Positions 19,366-29,931 of a DNA stretch of 64,000 nucleotides are shown here, piece by piece (the stretch's first letter is position 1; every line of letters starts with the position of its first letter). Location: assembly GCA_037131755.1 (NCBI GenBank), contig JBAXQJ010000003.1:6870-70869 (forward strand). The letters run 5' to 3'. The notes under the pieces are model-generated. The model worked only from the letters and a program-made list of their open reading frames with translations. It was not told the DNA's origin and did not search any database. The stretch comes from a bacterium. GTDB taxonomy: Bacteria; Patescibacteriota; Minisyncoccia; Phycocordibacterales; GWA1-40-21. A program made the position numbers and the translations under genes.

Positions 19366-20595
19366 ATGAAAAATTTAAACAGCAAATATTTAACAGGCAT
19401 TTTATTCGTCGTATTTTTGGCTGGCTCATTTTGGCTAGGCAATGTTTACGGACAGAAAAATGTCATCCAACCGGAACAATATCCGAATGTCTCGGTTATA
19501 AACAATGATGTCGCCAGCTCTACTTCCGGGATCGATATGGAGCCTTTTTGGAAAGTCTGGAGCGTCTTGAACAAGAAATTCGTCTCAACCCATAAACAAG
19601 TAGCGACTACCACCGATCAGGATCGTGTTTGGGGAGCAATTCAGGGTATGACCGCAGCGCTTGGCGATCCTTATACTGTCTTTATGCCACCAGTGGAAGC
19701 CAAAGCCTTTGAAACTGATCTCAGTGGAAATTTTGAAGGGGTAGGAATGGAGATCGGTATAAAAAACGGCGTGTTGACCGTAATCTCACCACTCAAGGGG
19801 TCACCAGCGGAAAAAGCTGGTATGAAAGCTGGTGACAAAATAGTGATGATCGACGGCACTCCATCAGCCGATTTCTCAACTGAAAAAGCGGTTAAACTTA
19901 TCCGTGGTCCAAAAGGAACGAAAGTCAAACTGACTATTTTGCGCGGCGATAGTGCCAAAACGATGGAAGTGGAAATTACCCGCGATGTCGTCAATGTTCC
20001 GACTGTCGACACGGAAATAAAAGGCGATGTTTTTGTGATCAAGCTTTACAACTTTTATGCCAATTCCAGCTCGGCCTTTAGGGAGGCAATCAAAGAATTT
20101 GCCAATTCTGGAAAAGTCAGATTGGTGCTCGATCTCCGGGGAAATCCTGGCGGGTATCTGGATGCGGCTGTTGATATGGCCAGCTTCTTCTTGCCAGCCG
20201 GCAAGACTATAGTCAAGGAAGATTTCGGTACCAAAGCTGATCCGGTTATTTACCAAAGCAAGGGGTATGACGTGTTTAATGAAAATTTGAAATTCGTGAT
20301 TTTGGTTGACGGCGGATCGGCTTCTGCTTCGGAAATTTTGGCTGGCGCTCTCCAGGAACAAGGCAAGGCCAAACTTGTCGGTGTGAAAACTTTTGGCAAG
20401 GGCTCGGTTCAAGAATTGATACCGATTACTAAAGATACAAATTTGAAGGTGACCATCGCCAAGTGGCTGACCCCGAAAGGCAATTCAATTTCGGAGAGCG
20501 GATTGACTCCAGATTTTCAAGTCAAGATGACTGATAAGGATCTGAAAGACGGTACCGATCCGCAAATGGCCAAGGCGATAGAACTGCTTAAATAA
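19366..20595 (+). CDS. ctpA: carboxyl-terminal processing peptidase (S41 family)
   Basis: 409 aa; signal/TM segment, PDZ domain and S41 catalytic region GGSASASEI...KTFGKGSVQ. Confidence 0.8.
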   Translation: MKNLNSKYLTGILFVVFLAGSFWLGNVYGQKNVIQPEQYPNVSVINNDVASSTSGIDMEPFWKVWSVLNKKFVSTHKQVATTTDQDRVWGAIQGMTAALGDPYTVFMPPVEAKAFETDLSGNFEGVGMEIGIKNGVLTVISPLKGSPAEKAGMKAGDKIVMIDGTPSADFSTEKAVKLIRGPKGTKVKLTILRGDSAKTMEVEITRDVVNVPTVDTEIKGDVFVIKLYNFYANSSSAFREAIKEFANSGKVRLVLDLRGNPGGYLDAAVDMASFFLPAGKTIVKEDFGTKADPVIYQSKGYDVFNENLKFVILVDGGSASASEILAGALQEQGKAKLVGVKTFGKGSVQELIPITKDTNLKVTIAKWLTPKGNSISESGLTPDFQVKMTDKDLKDGTDPQMAKAIELLK

Positions 20596-20689
20596 GTTAA
20601 GGTGAAAATATATCGTTTTGTCAACGATAGCAAAATAATGTTTTTTGCTATATATTTTAACCGGTATTTAGTAATTAATTATAAAAAGA

Positions 20690-21133
20690 ATGAAAGTAAT
20701 ACTTTTGAAAGACACAAAAAAGGTTGGGAGAAAATACGATATCAAAGATGTCGCTGACGGTTTTGCTATCAATTCCTTGATTCCCGGCGGTTTTGCGGTG
20801 GCGGCCACTCCCAATAATATTAAGACCTATGAAGCCAAACGAAAGGCCGATATGTCAGATATTGCGCGGACAGAGGCGGAGCTGGAGAAAGCGATTAGCG
20901 ATATAAAAGGCATTGTTGTGGAAATCAAAGGTAAGATCAATGACAAAGGACACTTGTTTGCCGGCGTACATAAAGAGCAGATTTCCGAAGAAATTAAAAA
21001 ACAAAAAGGTGTCGAAATACAATCAGAATATATTTTGCTTGATAAACCCCTCAAGGAAGTTGGCGATCATACCATTTCAGTGAAGGTGGGGAACAGGGAA
21101 GCGCAGTTTAAATTGGTGATTAAGGGTGAATAG
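20690..21133 (+). CDS. rplI: 50S ribosomal protein L9
   Basis: 147 aa; MKVILLKDTKKVGRKYDIKDVADGFAINSL... Confidence 0.9.
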   Translation: MKVILLKDTKKVGRKYDIKDVADGFAINSLIPGGFAVAATPNNIKTYEAKRKADMSDIARTEAELEKAISDIKGIVVEIKGKINDKGHLFAGVHKEQISEEIKKQKGVEIQSEYILLDKPLKEVGDHTISVKVGNREAQFKLVIKGE

Positions 21134-21164
21134 ATAGTATATTGTTGATTGTAGAATATATAGA

Positions 21165-21194
21165 AAAATCCATCATTTTAATGATGGATTTTTC
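21165..21194. terminator. bidirectional terminator between rplI and rpmA
   Basis: AAAAATCCATCATTTTAATGATGGATTTTT. Confidence 0.8.
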
Positions 21195-21217
21195 TATCAG
21201 TATTATGAGGACGAGGT

Positions 21218-21490
21218 TTAGATTACGCTCACAATCTTATGGACTCGGTTCTTTGAATCAAAAGCCATTTTTCTTTTTGTGCCGAACTTCACCTTACCTT
21301 CTTTCATTGCGAAGATAGTGTAGTCTTTACCAGTCTTAGTGTTTTTACCAGCGAGAATTTCATTACCTTTTTGGCGGACAATAATAGAACCCACTTTGGT
21401 AACCTCTCCATCTTGGAGTTTGATACCTAAATACCGTGGATTGGAGTCTCTACCGTTTTTGGATACGCCGGCTGCTTTTTTTGTTGCCAT
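21218..21490 (-). CDS. rpmA: 50S ribosomal protein L27
   Basis: 90 aa; MATKKAAGVSKNGRDSNPRYLGIK. Confidence 0.92.
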   Translation of the reverse strand: MATKKAAGVSKNGRDSNPRYLGIKLQDGEVTKVGSIIVRQKGNEILAGKNTKTGKDYTIFAMKEGKVKFGTKRKMAFDSKNRVHKIVSVI

Positions 21491-21492
21491 AG

Positions 21493-21981
21493 TTGATTAA
21501 AAAATTATGTTATAATTGCCCGATGAGTATAATAGATTTTCAGGAAAAAATCAAGTCAAATTGGGTTAATTCAGTCAAACCCCAAATCCAGATTTTTCGC
21601 GATAATTTTGACATTAAAAACGACCTATTTGTCACCCTGATTATCATTTTGGTTGGTTTGGCTGGTTTTGGTCTGGGTAAACTTTCAGCGCTGGAGAAGG
21701 GCAGGGAACCGATAAGCATTAAATCCTTGGATATAGGCAATAATCAAGCCGGAGCACAAACAACCTCTTCTTCTGTCATTGCTGACAAGGCGGGAATCTC
21801 GACTTCAAGTGCCGAAGTAAAAGGCTTGGTAGTGGCCGCCAAAACCGGTACAAAATATTATTATCCTTGGTGTACGGGGGTTAGTCGAATCAGTGAAAAG
21901 AACAAGGTGTGGTTTGAGACAATTGAAGCGGCCAAGCAAGCCGGCTTTTCTCCGGCCTCAAATTGCGCCGGTTTAAAATAG
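21493..21981 (+). CDS. hypothetical membrane-anchored protein with C-terminal Cys motif (YYYPWC...NC)
   Basis: 162 aa; one TM segment, a Ser/Thr-rich linker and a conserved-looking C-terminal cysteine-containing module. Confidence 0.45.
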   Translation: MIKKLCYNCPMSIIDFQEKIKSNWVNSVKPQIQIFRDNFDIKNDLFVTLIIILVGLAGFGLGKLSALEKGREPISIKSLDIGNNQAGAQTTSSSVIADKAGISTSSAEVKGLVVAAKTGTKYYYPWCTGVSRISEKNKVWFETIEAAKQAGFSPASNCAGLK

Positions 21982-22044
21982 CTCTTGCGATAAAAATTTC
22001 TGGGTGTATAGTTTAAATAGAGTTTGAACTAGAAAGGAGGCGAG

Positions 22045-22554
22045 ATGTCGGACGAAAAAATATTGTACAATGCAGTGCTAGTGTTCCTGGTTATGAACAG
22101 CAAGGTTCTCTTGGCTGAAAAAGGGGCCAAAATCGGCAAGGGTTTTCTCAATGGATATGGCGGGGGAATTGAAGAGGGAGAAACGCCAGAAGAAGCCGCT
22201 GAAAGGGAATTTGCCGAAGAATCTGGTGGCGCGACTATCCGCAGTGATTATCTGGATAAGATTGCGGTTGCCGACTTTCATAATCGGACGAGTCAGGGAG
22301 AAAGATTCATCTGTCGGGTCCACGTGTTTGTCGTCAGACAGTGGATGGGCGGACCAAAATCCACTCCGGACATGTTGGAACCGAATTGGTATGAAGTGAG
22401 ATCATTGCCGGTGGAACGGCTGATGCTCGCCGATCGATATTGGTTGCCTCAAGCCCTAAGCGGGTACAAGTTGCTGGTCAAGGCGAGCTACGGTCCGTCT
22501 CAACAGACCCTTGATGGGGAAGTGGAAATCAAGATTGTAGCGAATTTGGAGTAA
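22045..22554 (+). CDS. NUDIX hydrolase
   Basis: Nudix box GGGIEEGETPEEAAEREFAEESG; AAAGGAGG ribosome-binding site. Confidence 0.85.
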   Translation: MSDEKILYNAVLVFLVMNSKVLLAEKGAKIGKGFLNGYGGGIEEGETPEEAAEREFAEESGGATIRSDYLDKIAVADFHNRTSQGERFICRVHVFVVRQWMGGPKSTPDMLEPNWYEVRSLPVERLMLADRYWLPQALSGYKLLVKASYGPSQQTLDGEVEIKIVANLE

Positions 22555-22682
22555 TAAAAATATTGGGGTGGACGTGATCATCACGCCACCTCTTTTCTAT
22601 GAATGAATTATGGTATACTTTACATATCGGTACGCTAGTTTTTAGTAGGTATTCGTATTTATTCGCATAATTTTCGTATATT

Positions 22683-23276
22683 ATGATAATTGTCGATGTT
22701 GAAGCGACTGGTGTAGATGAAGTAAAGCACGCCCTTTTGTCTGTGGGGGCAATAGATTTTGAGCATCCGGAGCGACAGTTTTATGAAGAATGCCGAGCTT
22801 TTCCTGGGGCTCATGTGATGGACGAAGCTTTGGCAATAAATGGCTTTACCTTGGAACAAGTGAATGATCCCAATAAGCAAACCGACGAAGACCTGATCAA
22901 GCATTTTATTGGCTGGGCCAAACAATCCCAAGACCATACTTTTGGCGGTCAGAACCCATCCTTTGACAGAGATTTTCTTCATCGGGCGGCGGATCGTTAT
23001 GGTCTGGACTGGCCGTTTGCTTTCCGAACCGTTGATCAGCATTCAGTTTGTTATACCCATATGGTCCTGAAGGGGATTAAGCCGCCAGTGGCTCATGGCC
23101 GATCGGATTTAAATAGCGATAAGATTATGAAGTATGTCGGTATTCCCGAGGAACCACATCCCCACAATGCTCTGAATGGAGCAAAAGTAGCTGCTGAAGC
23201 TTTATCTCGACTCCTGTATGGCAAGAAACTCCTACCAGAGTTTGAAAAATACGACATCCCTTGGGAGAAAAATTAG
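22683..23276 (+). CDS. 3'-5' exonuclease, DnaQ-like (DEDDh)
   Basis: 197 aa; motif I VDVEATG, motif II QNPSFD and motif III H..LNGA. Confidence 0.75.
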   Translation: MIIVDVEATGVDEVKHALLSVGAIDFEHPERQFYEECRAFPGAHVMDEALAINGFTLEQVNDPNKQTDEDLIKHFIGWAKQSQDHTFGGQNPSFDRDFLHRAADRYGLDWPFAFRTVDQHSVCYTHMVLKGIKPPVAHGRSDLNSDKIMKYVGIPEEPHPHNALNGAKVAAEALSRLLYGKKLLPEFEKYDIPWEKN

Positions 23277-23631
23277 CAAATTGCTACAGCCAAACATTTT
23301 AGCTATTTTGTCTATATTTTGAGCCATTTCTGACCAATAGAAAAAGTTGACTGTCAAGTAAAAAACCCTTATTTAAAGCCATATTTTATGGTTTGACGGG
23401 TCGTTTTTTGTGTGGTCTCACCTTGACAGAAAATATAAAAGGTGATAGTATATAGGAATTCAGAGGCAAGCTCTGATTTTTGCTTTAATTAGAGAGACCG
23501 ACGATTTAATACCTATGGTCGATCGAAAAAAGCAAACGGCAGGATATCTTTCCGGCAGGGAGAAAATATTTATGGTCAGTCATGATGGTAAATATTTTCG
23601 AAACTGATTAATTGGGGAGACGTCCACAAAA

Positions 23632-24102
23632 ATGTTAGAACTTACATCAGCAATCATCTTATTGGCGTCATCAATATATAGTGCACCAAATATAGCTATT
23701 GCCCAAGATTTACAAAATAATAATACAGATGATGCCAAGGTGCTCACTGTCAATCGACCGGTGACCCTGGAGGCCCATGTGAAAGAATATTTCAACAATG
23801 AGCCGATCCTGGCGGATATCGCATTCTGCGAGTCCACCTACAGGCAGCTAGACTCGAATGGAAAAATTTTGCGCGGAGTTGTGAATAAGGATGATGTTGG
23901 TCTAATGCAGATCAATGAATTCTATCACAAAGATACTGCTAAGAAGCTTGGTCTCGATCTTCGGACTGTGGATGGTAACCTGGGCTATGCCAAGTACCTC
24001 TATGAGAAGGAAGGAACCAAACCCTGGAAGTCATCAGCCAAGTGTTGGACCAGTTTGTCCAAAGCTAATGGCGCCGACAAAGAGCTAGCCATCAATAGAT
24101 AG
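23632..24102 (+). CDS. secreted lytic transglycosylase-like (SLT/lysozyme-like) protein
   Basis: 156 aa; N-terminal signal/TM segment; ES...GLMQINE motifs reminiscent of an SLT domain. Confidence 0.5.
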   Translation: MLELTSAIILLASSIYSAPNIAIAQDLQNNNTDDAKVLTVNRPVTLEAHVKEYFNNEPILADIAFCESTYRQLDSNGKILRGVVNKDDVGLMQINEFYHKDTAKKLGLDLRTVDGNLGYAKYLYEKEGTKPWKSSAKCWTSLSKANGADKELAINR

Positions 24103-24113
24103 GCAAGTGCCGC

Positions 24114-24137
24114 AAAAAATCCCGCAAGGGATTTTTT
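24114..24137 (+). terminator. rho-independent terminator
   Basis: AAAAAATCCCGCAAGGGATTTTTT. Confidence 0.8.
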
Positions 24138-24494
24138 GTTTATCCGGGTAAAATATTTTTATCTTCTATATAAAATATTCCACGCCAGCCTATTTTCAGG
24201 GTAAGGTACCAATGGTCAAACAGACCGGAAGCCTTATGGGGAATATAGGCCTTATTTGATATAGCGTGTCGCACAATATATCTTGCGACCAACATATATA
24301 CGTAATTGGGCTGTATAATGCCATTTGAATACTCCCCCCGGCTGATTTATGTTTTTTAGACAACATCGATCTAGATAAGTTATATTTATGATAATGATTA
24401 GTAAAATAATTAAAAAATATTTCTAACTCCCCCGAATTTGTCAGTCGCCAATATTTATCATAGTCTTGTTTTTAGTCAAAACTGGTCAAAACTC

Positions 24495-24518
24495 AAAAAA
24501 CGCCTTTTTAGGCGTTTT
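24495..24518. terminator. bidirectional terminator at the end of the - strand operon
   Basis: AAAAAACGCCTTTTTAGGCGTTTT. Confidence 0.75.
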
Positions 24519-24654
24519 GGGTCTTTTTGGTCTTTAGACCCTATTTTGACTATTTGTCGCTTATGACAGTATTGGCAGCATAAAAATTGTCAGCAAAGCC
24601 ACAATGATCAACACATCAGCAAAATCAAACATTTCAAAAAGGTCATGCATCGGA

Positions 24655-24912
24655 TTATTTTGAAGCACTGATCAGCTTAAGGAAAGGCGTCCAGGCGTAT
24701 GTAATAAAAATGTCCCAGAGATAGGCTGCGGGTGCGGCCAAGTAATGGTTCCAAAAGTAAACAATTCCGTTCCAAACATAATTGAGGTTGGTTTGAACTC
24801 CTTCCGACTCTACCACCTTTTTCAAGTCTAAGCCGTACCAGCTTAAAATAATAATGGCGATAATGACAATAATGATCATCTTGATAAAACCGCGTTGAGA
24901 AATTTTTTTCAT
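24655..24912 (-). CDS. hypothetical small membrane protein
   Basis: 85 aa; one TM segment and an aromatic-rich tail; last gene of the - strand operon. Confidence 0.45.
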   Translation of the reverse strand: MKKISQRGFIKMIIIVIIAIIILSWYGLDLKKVVESEGVQTNLNYVWNGIVYFWNHYLAAPAAYLWDIFITYAWTPFLKLISASK

Positions 24913-24977
24913 GAAATTTATAATTTACTTGTTTATGGAAATATTATATCACGTTTAAATTTTCTGAGAATTAGGCC

Positions 24978-26264
24978 TTAGAGGTATAACAACGGATCCA
25001 AATAGGCTTTGGTGTCGGCCATTGGCAAGGTGTATGTGCCGCGACAGACGGCACTCTTCATGGTTGAGATTTTCACCCCCTGGCTCGCGTAAACTGTCAT
25101 ATGGAGATGCGGACCAGTTGAATAGCCGGTATTTCCGGAATAGCCAACCGATTCACCGGTTGCAATTCGTTGACCTGGAATGGCGGTAATAAGCGATAGG
25201 TGCCCGTAGATGCTGGCCAAGCCATTGTCATAGCGGATGAAAACCCATTTGCCAAAGGAGGCTCCGGCACAAACAATGTCCGTATCCCCCACGCCTTCAA
25301 CGACGCCATTGCCGGCAGACTTGACCTTGGTGCCAATCGAAGCGGCAAAGTCTACGCCGTTATGCATTCCTGAAGCATAAGCCGTCTTGGCGAAACTGTT
25401 GGTGCCAAATTTTTGGGTGATTGTAATCTTGTCGAGCGGCCAAGCCAAAACACCGGAGCCGGCGTGCGGAATGCTGTTCGGATCGATTGCCAGCTTCAAT
25501 TGTGACTCATACCGAGCCAACTCATTGTCAAAAGCTTCCTTGAGAGCGAGCTTTTCGGCGAGAATTTTCTTGTAATTTGCCTCTTTGTTTTTGGTCGTTG
25601 CGAGCAGGTTATCCTGTTCTTTTTTTGTCGCGTCCAGAATTTTCTTCTGATTGGCCAGTTCCTGATTATAACTCAGTAACTCAGCCTTCTTTTTTTCAGT
25701 CTTTGTTTTGGAAGACTCCAGGCCGCTTTTGGCAATTTTATAAGAATCGACTTGCTCCTTGATCAGATTTTGGATTTTGGCAATATTCTGGACGTCATCG
25801 AGAAATTCTGAAATATTTTCATTTGCCAAGATGGCTTCGACGGCGCTTACCTGGTCTTTCTCGTTGATCTGCCTGATGGTCGAACCGATTATGCCACTAT
25901 TAGTCTTGATCTGGCTGTTTTTTTCACCGATGTCATAAGAGAGCTCTTTGATTGTCAGGGTTGTCTCGTCAATGTTGTTTTGTGTGAGTTTGATTTCGGC
26001 TAGGAGCTTGTTCCTGGTTGCCGTCAAGGTCTTGATCGTATTCTGTAGCGAGGAGGCTTGCCCCTGGATGTCTTTGATCTGGCCTTGATACAAGGCAATT
26101 TCTTTTTCCAGCGCCACTTTCTTGTTGTTTGATTCGTTTATTTTATTTTGCAGATCGGTAATGCTATCGGCAAAAGCTAAAAAGTTTAAGCTGATAAGCG
26201 ACAAAACAAAAACCGCCAAAATAATACCGCCTGATGCTTTTGTTTTTTTGCTTATTATGGACAT
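24978..26264 (-). CDS. M23 family metallopeptidase (EnvC-like, N-terminal coiled coil)
   Basis: 428 aa; HNGVDF and GYSGNTGYSTGPHLH motifs. Confidence 0.85.
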   Translation of the reverse strand: MSIISKKTKASGGIILAVFVLSLISLNFLAFADSITDLQNKINESNNKKVALEKEIALYQGQIKDIQGQASSLQNTIKTLTATRNKLLAEIKLTQNNIDETTLTIKELSYDIGEKNSQIKTNSGIIGSTIRQINEKDQVSAVEAILANENISEFLDDVQNIAKIQNLIKEQVDSYKIAKSGLESSKTKTEKKKAELLSYNQELANQKKILDATKKEQDNLLATTKNKEANYKKILAEKLALKEAFDNELARYESQLKLAIDPNSIPHAGSGVLAWPLDKITITQKFGTNSFAKTAYASGMHNGVDFAASIGTKVKSAGNGVVEGVGDTDIVCAGASFGKWVFIRYDNGLASIYGHLSLITAIPGQRIATGESVGYSGNTGYSTGPHLHMTVYASQGVKISTMKSAVCRGTYTLPMADTKAYLDPLLYL

Positions 26265-26274
26265 TAAAGATCAG

Positions 26275-27627
26275 CTAATTTAAGATCTCAATCGCTTTGC
26301 TGAGCCGGGCAACGCACTCTTTCTTTCCTAAGATCGAAATCAGGGTAAACGGATCCGGAGATTTTTCTCTGCCCGACAGGGCGACGCGAGTCGGCCACAA
26401 TACGCTACCTTTGCCAGCAATCTCGGCAAAAGGCGTGAGAGCAGATTTGATCGATTCCAGGTCGAAGTTTGTCTCGTCAATGGCCATTAGGATGTCCCTG
26501 ACCTGCTCGAGATTTTTCTTGGGAATGGCAAAATCCGTATCTTTTTTCCAAATCAGCATTTCCTTTGCCGGCGTCGGGACGGTGAAAAAATAATCAAATT
26601 CGCCAGTACTCACGAGCTGTCTCAATTCGCCAAAAGTGGAAATTCTCTCGCTTATGACCGGAAGAACTTTTTCTAAAACTTCGTTATCGGCTGAGAATTT
26701 TTCCGATATTATGCCGAAAATATTTTTCTTCAATTCTTCTGCCGGCATCTTTTTCATATATTCCTTGTTCAGCCACAGTAGTTTTTCTTTGTTGAATACC
26801 GCCCCAGCCTTTTGGACTTTTTGGATATCAAATTGCTCAATGATTTCAGACATTGACATTATTTCAGTATTATGTCCCGGATTCCAACCGCAAAAAGCCA
26901 AAAAGTTTACCATTGTTTCCGGTAGATACCCTTCCCTTCTGTAATACGAGAGGGAAACCGTCTCCCCTTGTTTGCGTTTGGATAATTTTGAGCGGTCTTC
27001 GTTCAGAATGAAAGGCATGTGGGCATAGATCGGTCTAGGTGCGCCAATGGCTTCTTGGATCAGGATTTGTCTTGGGGTATTGTAGATTCCATCCTCGCCA
27101 CGAATAACGTGAGTTATACCCATTTCAAAATCGTCCACGACCACGGCCAAGTGATAGATCGGTTCGGTCAGGCTCTTGGCAATGATAAAATCGCCAAGCT
27201 CGGTCGTATCGACTTCGATATCGCCGCGGATCATGTCGTTGTATTTTATTTTTTTACCAGGATTTCGCAGGCGGATGACTTCAGCCCTTTGTCCCTCTTC
27301 CTTTACTTCCTCTTTGGAAATATAAGCGGAGTCGTTCTTTAGCATCAACTCTATGTATTTTTTGTAAGTGTCGCCATGCTCGGATTGTTTGTAGGGATTT
27401 TCAAAGTCCATATCAATACCGAGCCATTTGAGACCACTGATTATGTCGTCAGCATATTCCTGCTTTGACCTTTCTTTATCGGTGTCTTCTAGGCGAAATA
27501 ATAATTTACCATTATTTTGTTTGACAAAAAAATAGTTGAAAAGCGCGGTTCGGGCATTGCCAATATGGAACCAACCAGTCGGGCTGGGCGGAAAACGGCA
27601 GATGATTTGTTTTTGGATTTCAGACAT
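26275..27627 (-). CDS. gltX: glutamyl-tRNA synthetase
   Basis: 450 aa; HIGH-type motif RFPPSPTGWFHIGNARTALFNY and KLSKR. Confidence 0.9.
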   Translation of the reverse strand: MSEIQKQIICRFPPSPTGWFHIGNARTALFNYFFVKQNNGKLLFRLEDTDKERSKQEYADDIISGLKWLGIDMDFENPYKQSEHGDTYKKYIELMLKNDSAYISKEEVKEEGQRAEVIRLRNPGKKIKYNDMIRGDIEVDTTELGDFIIAKSLTEPIYHLAVVVDDFEMGITHVIRGEDGIYNTPRQILIQEAIGAPRPIYAHMPFILNEDRSKLSKRKQGETVSLSYYRREGYLPETMVNFLAFCGWNPGHNTEIMSMSEIIEQFDIQKVQKAGAVFNKEKLLWLNKEYMKKMPAEELKKNIFGIISEKFSADNEVLEKVLPVISERISTFGELRQLVSTGEFDYFFTVPTPAKEMLIWKKDTDFAIPKKNLEQVRDILMAIDETNFDLESIKSALTPFAEIAGKGSVLWPTRVALSGREKSPDPFTLISILGKKECVARLSKAIEILN

Positions 27628-27649
27628 TTTTGTTTTTATTAAAATTAGT

Positions 27650-28777
27650 TTATTCGTGACTAAGCGAAATTTCTATGAGTTCTCTGGCAATCTTGCTGGC
27701 GGCGTCGAGCTTGGCAAAATTTTTGGCTGAGTCGGACATCTTTTGCAAGAGATCCTTGTTTTCGATCAGACGATTGATTTCCGAAATCAAAAGGTTGGTT
27801 GTCAGGTTGGCCTCCTCGATCACCGTCGCTGCTCCGCTTCTCGCGTAAGCATAAGCGTTGTTACGCTGGTGATCGCCATTGGTATCGGTAATAGGAATGA
27901 CGATACTAGGAATCCCCCAGTTGGCAATTTCAAATAGCGTCGACCCGGCCCGGCTGATGATCAGGTTGGCTGCGCCGGCGGCCATTCCCATATTCAAGTC
28001 GTTTAGATAATCATACAAGCGGTAGCGGCTCTTATAGGGACTGTTTGTCAGGATTACTTCAGAGGTTTTTGCGACAGACTCGATATTGTTCTTGCCGGCC
28101 TGATGAATGATCTGGTATTTTTCAACCAGTTTTGGCAGGGCATTCAAAATACTTTCATTGATAATCCGTGCACCGAGCGATCCGCCCAAGATCAGGATAG
28201 TCGGAATCGATCGGTCTAGTTTGAGGTATTCATAGGCGCTGGCCTCCGGCGTGTTCTTGATTTCTTTTCGGATCGGATTTCCGGTATAGGCGACTTTGTC
28301 TTTGTCACGGAAATATTTTTCCGTGTCCGGATAAGAGATGGCAATTTTGGTGGCAAATTTGCTGGCCCACATATTTGTTCGGCCCGGCACAGTATCGCTT
28401 TCATGGATGATGACCGGTATGCGTAGGATCCTGGCTGCCAACAGGACCGGGAAACTGTTATAGGCGCCTTTGCTGAAAATGACGTCGGGATACAGGCTGT
28501 ATAATTTGAATATTGACGAGATGACTCCCCAACCGGTTTTAAAAATATCCAAGAAGTTCAAGATTGAAAAATATCGCCTGGATTTGCCGGCGCTCACGGG
28601 AATATATTTGATGCCATTCTGGACCAGGGCCTCGGCATCATATGGCGCGTCAGACATGAAAAAAATTTCCGGGCGAAGCAGGTTCTCTTTCTTGACTATT
28701 TCGTTTATGGCTTCGGCCACGGCAATCAGCGGGTAAAAATGTCCGCCCGTTCCCCCACCGGTTAAAAGTATTCTCAT
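27650..28777 (-). CDS. murG: UDP-GlcNAc--undecaprenyl-PP-MurNAc-pentapeptide GlcNAc transferase MurG
   Basis: 375 aa; GT28 glycosyltransferase with the N-terminal motif GGTGGHFYP. Confidence 0.88.
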   Translation of the reverse strand: MRILLTGGGTGGHFYPLIAVAEAINEIVKKENLLRPEIFFMSDAPYDAEALVQNGIKYIPVSAGKSRRYFSILNFLDIFKTGWGVISSIFKLYSLYPDVIFSKGAYNSFPVLLAARILRIPVIIHESDTVPGRTNMWASKFATKIAISYPDTEKYFRDKDKVAYTGNPIRKEIKNTPEASAYEYLKLDRSIPTILILGGSLGARIINESILNALPKLVEKYQIIHQAGKNNIESVAKTSEVILTNSPYKSRYRLYDYLNDLNMGMAAGAANLIISRAGSTLFEIANWGIPSIVIPITDTNGDHQRNNAYAYARSGAATVIEEANLTTNLLISEINRLIENKDLLQKMSDSAKNFAKLDAASKIARELIEISLSHE

Positions 28778-28786
28778 GTTTAATGG

Positions 28787-29881
28787 TTAATTAGTCTTTC
28801 TAAATTTTGATATATTCAACAATATTCCGATTTCCACCAAAGTGAAAAACAAGGCAGTCCCTCCCTGGCTAAAGAAAATCAGGGGTTGACCGGAAAGCGG
28901 AATGATACCAGTCATGGACGAGATATTCATAAGCGACTGGATCGATATAAGTATAACAATTCCGGTAGCTAAAAGTCTACCAAAAATGTCGGTGGAAGAA
29001 GTGGCGACTTTCAGGCCGCGTCCGGTGAAAAAAATAAACAGGATAATGATAAAAACACTGCCAATGAAACCCAATTCTTCTCCGGCCACGGCAAAAATCG
29101 AGTCACCAATCGATTCGGGCAGGAATTTGTATTTTTGAATGCTTTGACCAAGACCGCGGCCAGTGATCTCACCCGAACCGATGGCGATCAGCGACTGCTG
29201 GATTTGGTAGCCAGAAGTCAGGGCGTTGTCGCTCGGGTTGATAAAGGTCATCATCCGGTTCATCAAGTATGGGCGGGAAAACAGAAGGACGGTCAGGCCG
29301 ATTAGGCCGATTATTCCGATTATAAAGACATCGCGCCAACGGCCGCCACCGATGATATACATGGCAAACCCAACAATCGCGATTACGACCAATGAATCCG
29401 TGTCCGGCTGCATGAGCAGGATCCCGCCGATTATCCCGAGCAGGGTGAGAAGTGGCAGTAAGCCAAATTTAAACTGCGCAATCTTGTCTTTTATGCCGGA
29501 AACCCAAGCCGCGAAATAAATAACAAAAGCGATCTTTATCAGTTCCAGTGGTTGGAACGAGACGCCAAAAAGGTAGATCCATCTTTTGGCTCCGCCTTGC
29601 GACACGCCGAGACCGGGCACAAAGACCAGCGTCCCGGCGATGAGCGAGAGGATAAAAATATAAAAAGCATACTTTCGATATTGGCGATAATTTATTTTAG
29701 AAAAGATATAACAAGCCAAACCGCCCAAAACCAAGCCGAGAAAAAGGTGGCTGAAAACGACCGAGGTGAATTTTGCTTGATTGGTGGCATAGATGCCGAG
29801 CGATGCCGAGACGAAAACCGTGATACCCACCGTGAGTAACACCAGAAAAGATATTAACAATGGTTTATCGACTTTTGACAT
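28787..29881 (-). CDS. ftsW: SEDS peptidoglycan glycosyltransferase FtsW/RodA
   Basis: 364 aa; polytopic SEDS family protein positioned between mraY and murG. Confidence 0.8.
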   Translation of the reverse strand: MSKVDKPLLISFLVLLTVGITVFVSASLGIYATNQAKFTSVVFSHLFLGLVLGGLACYIFSKINYRQYRKYAFYIFILSLIAGTLVFVPGLGVSQGGAKRWIYLFGVSFQPLELIKIAFVIYFAAWVSGIKDKIAQFKFGLLPLLTLLGIIGGILLMQPDTDSLVVIAIVGFAMYIIGGGRWRDVFIIGIIGLIGLTVLLFSRPYLMNRMMTFINPSDNALTSGYQIQQSLIAIGSGEITGRGLGQSIQKYKFLPESIGDSIFAVAGEELGFIGSVFIIILFIFFTGRGLKVATSSTDIFGRLLATGIVILISIQSLMNISSMTGIIPLSGQPLIFFSQGGTALFFTLVEIGILLNISKFRKTN

Positions 29882-29931
29882 TCTATATTATGGAAAACTT
29901 AACCGCCCGACCCGCGTAATTTCCTGCAACC

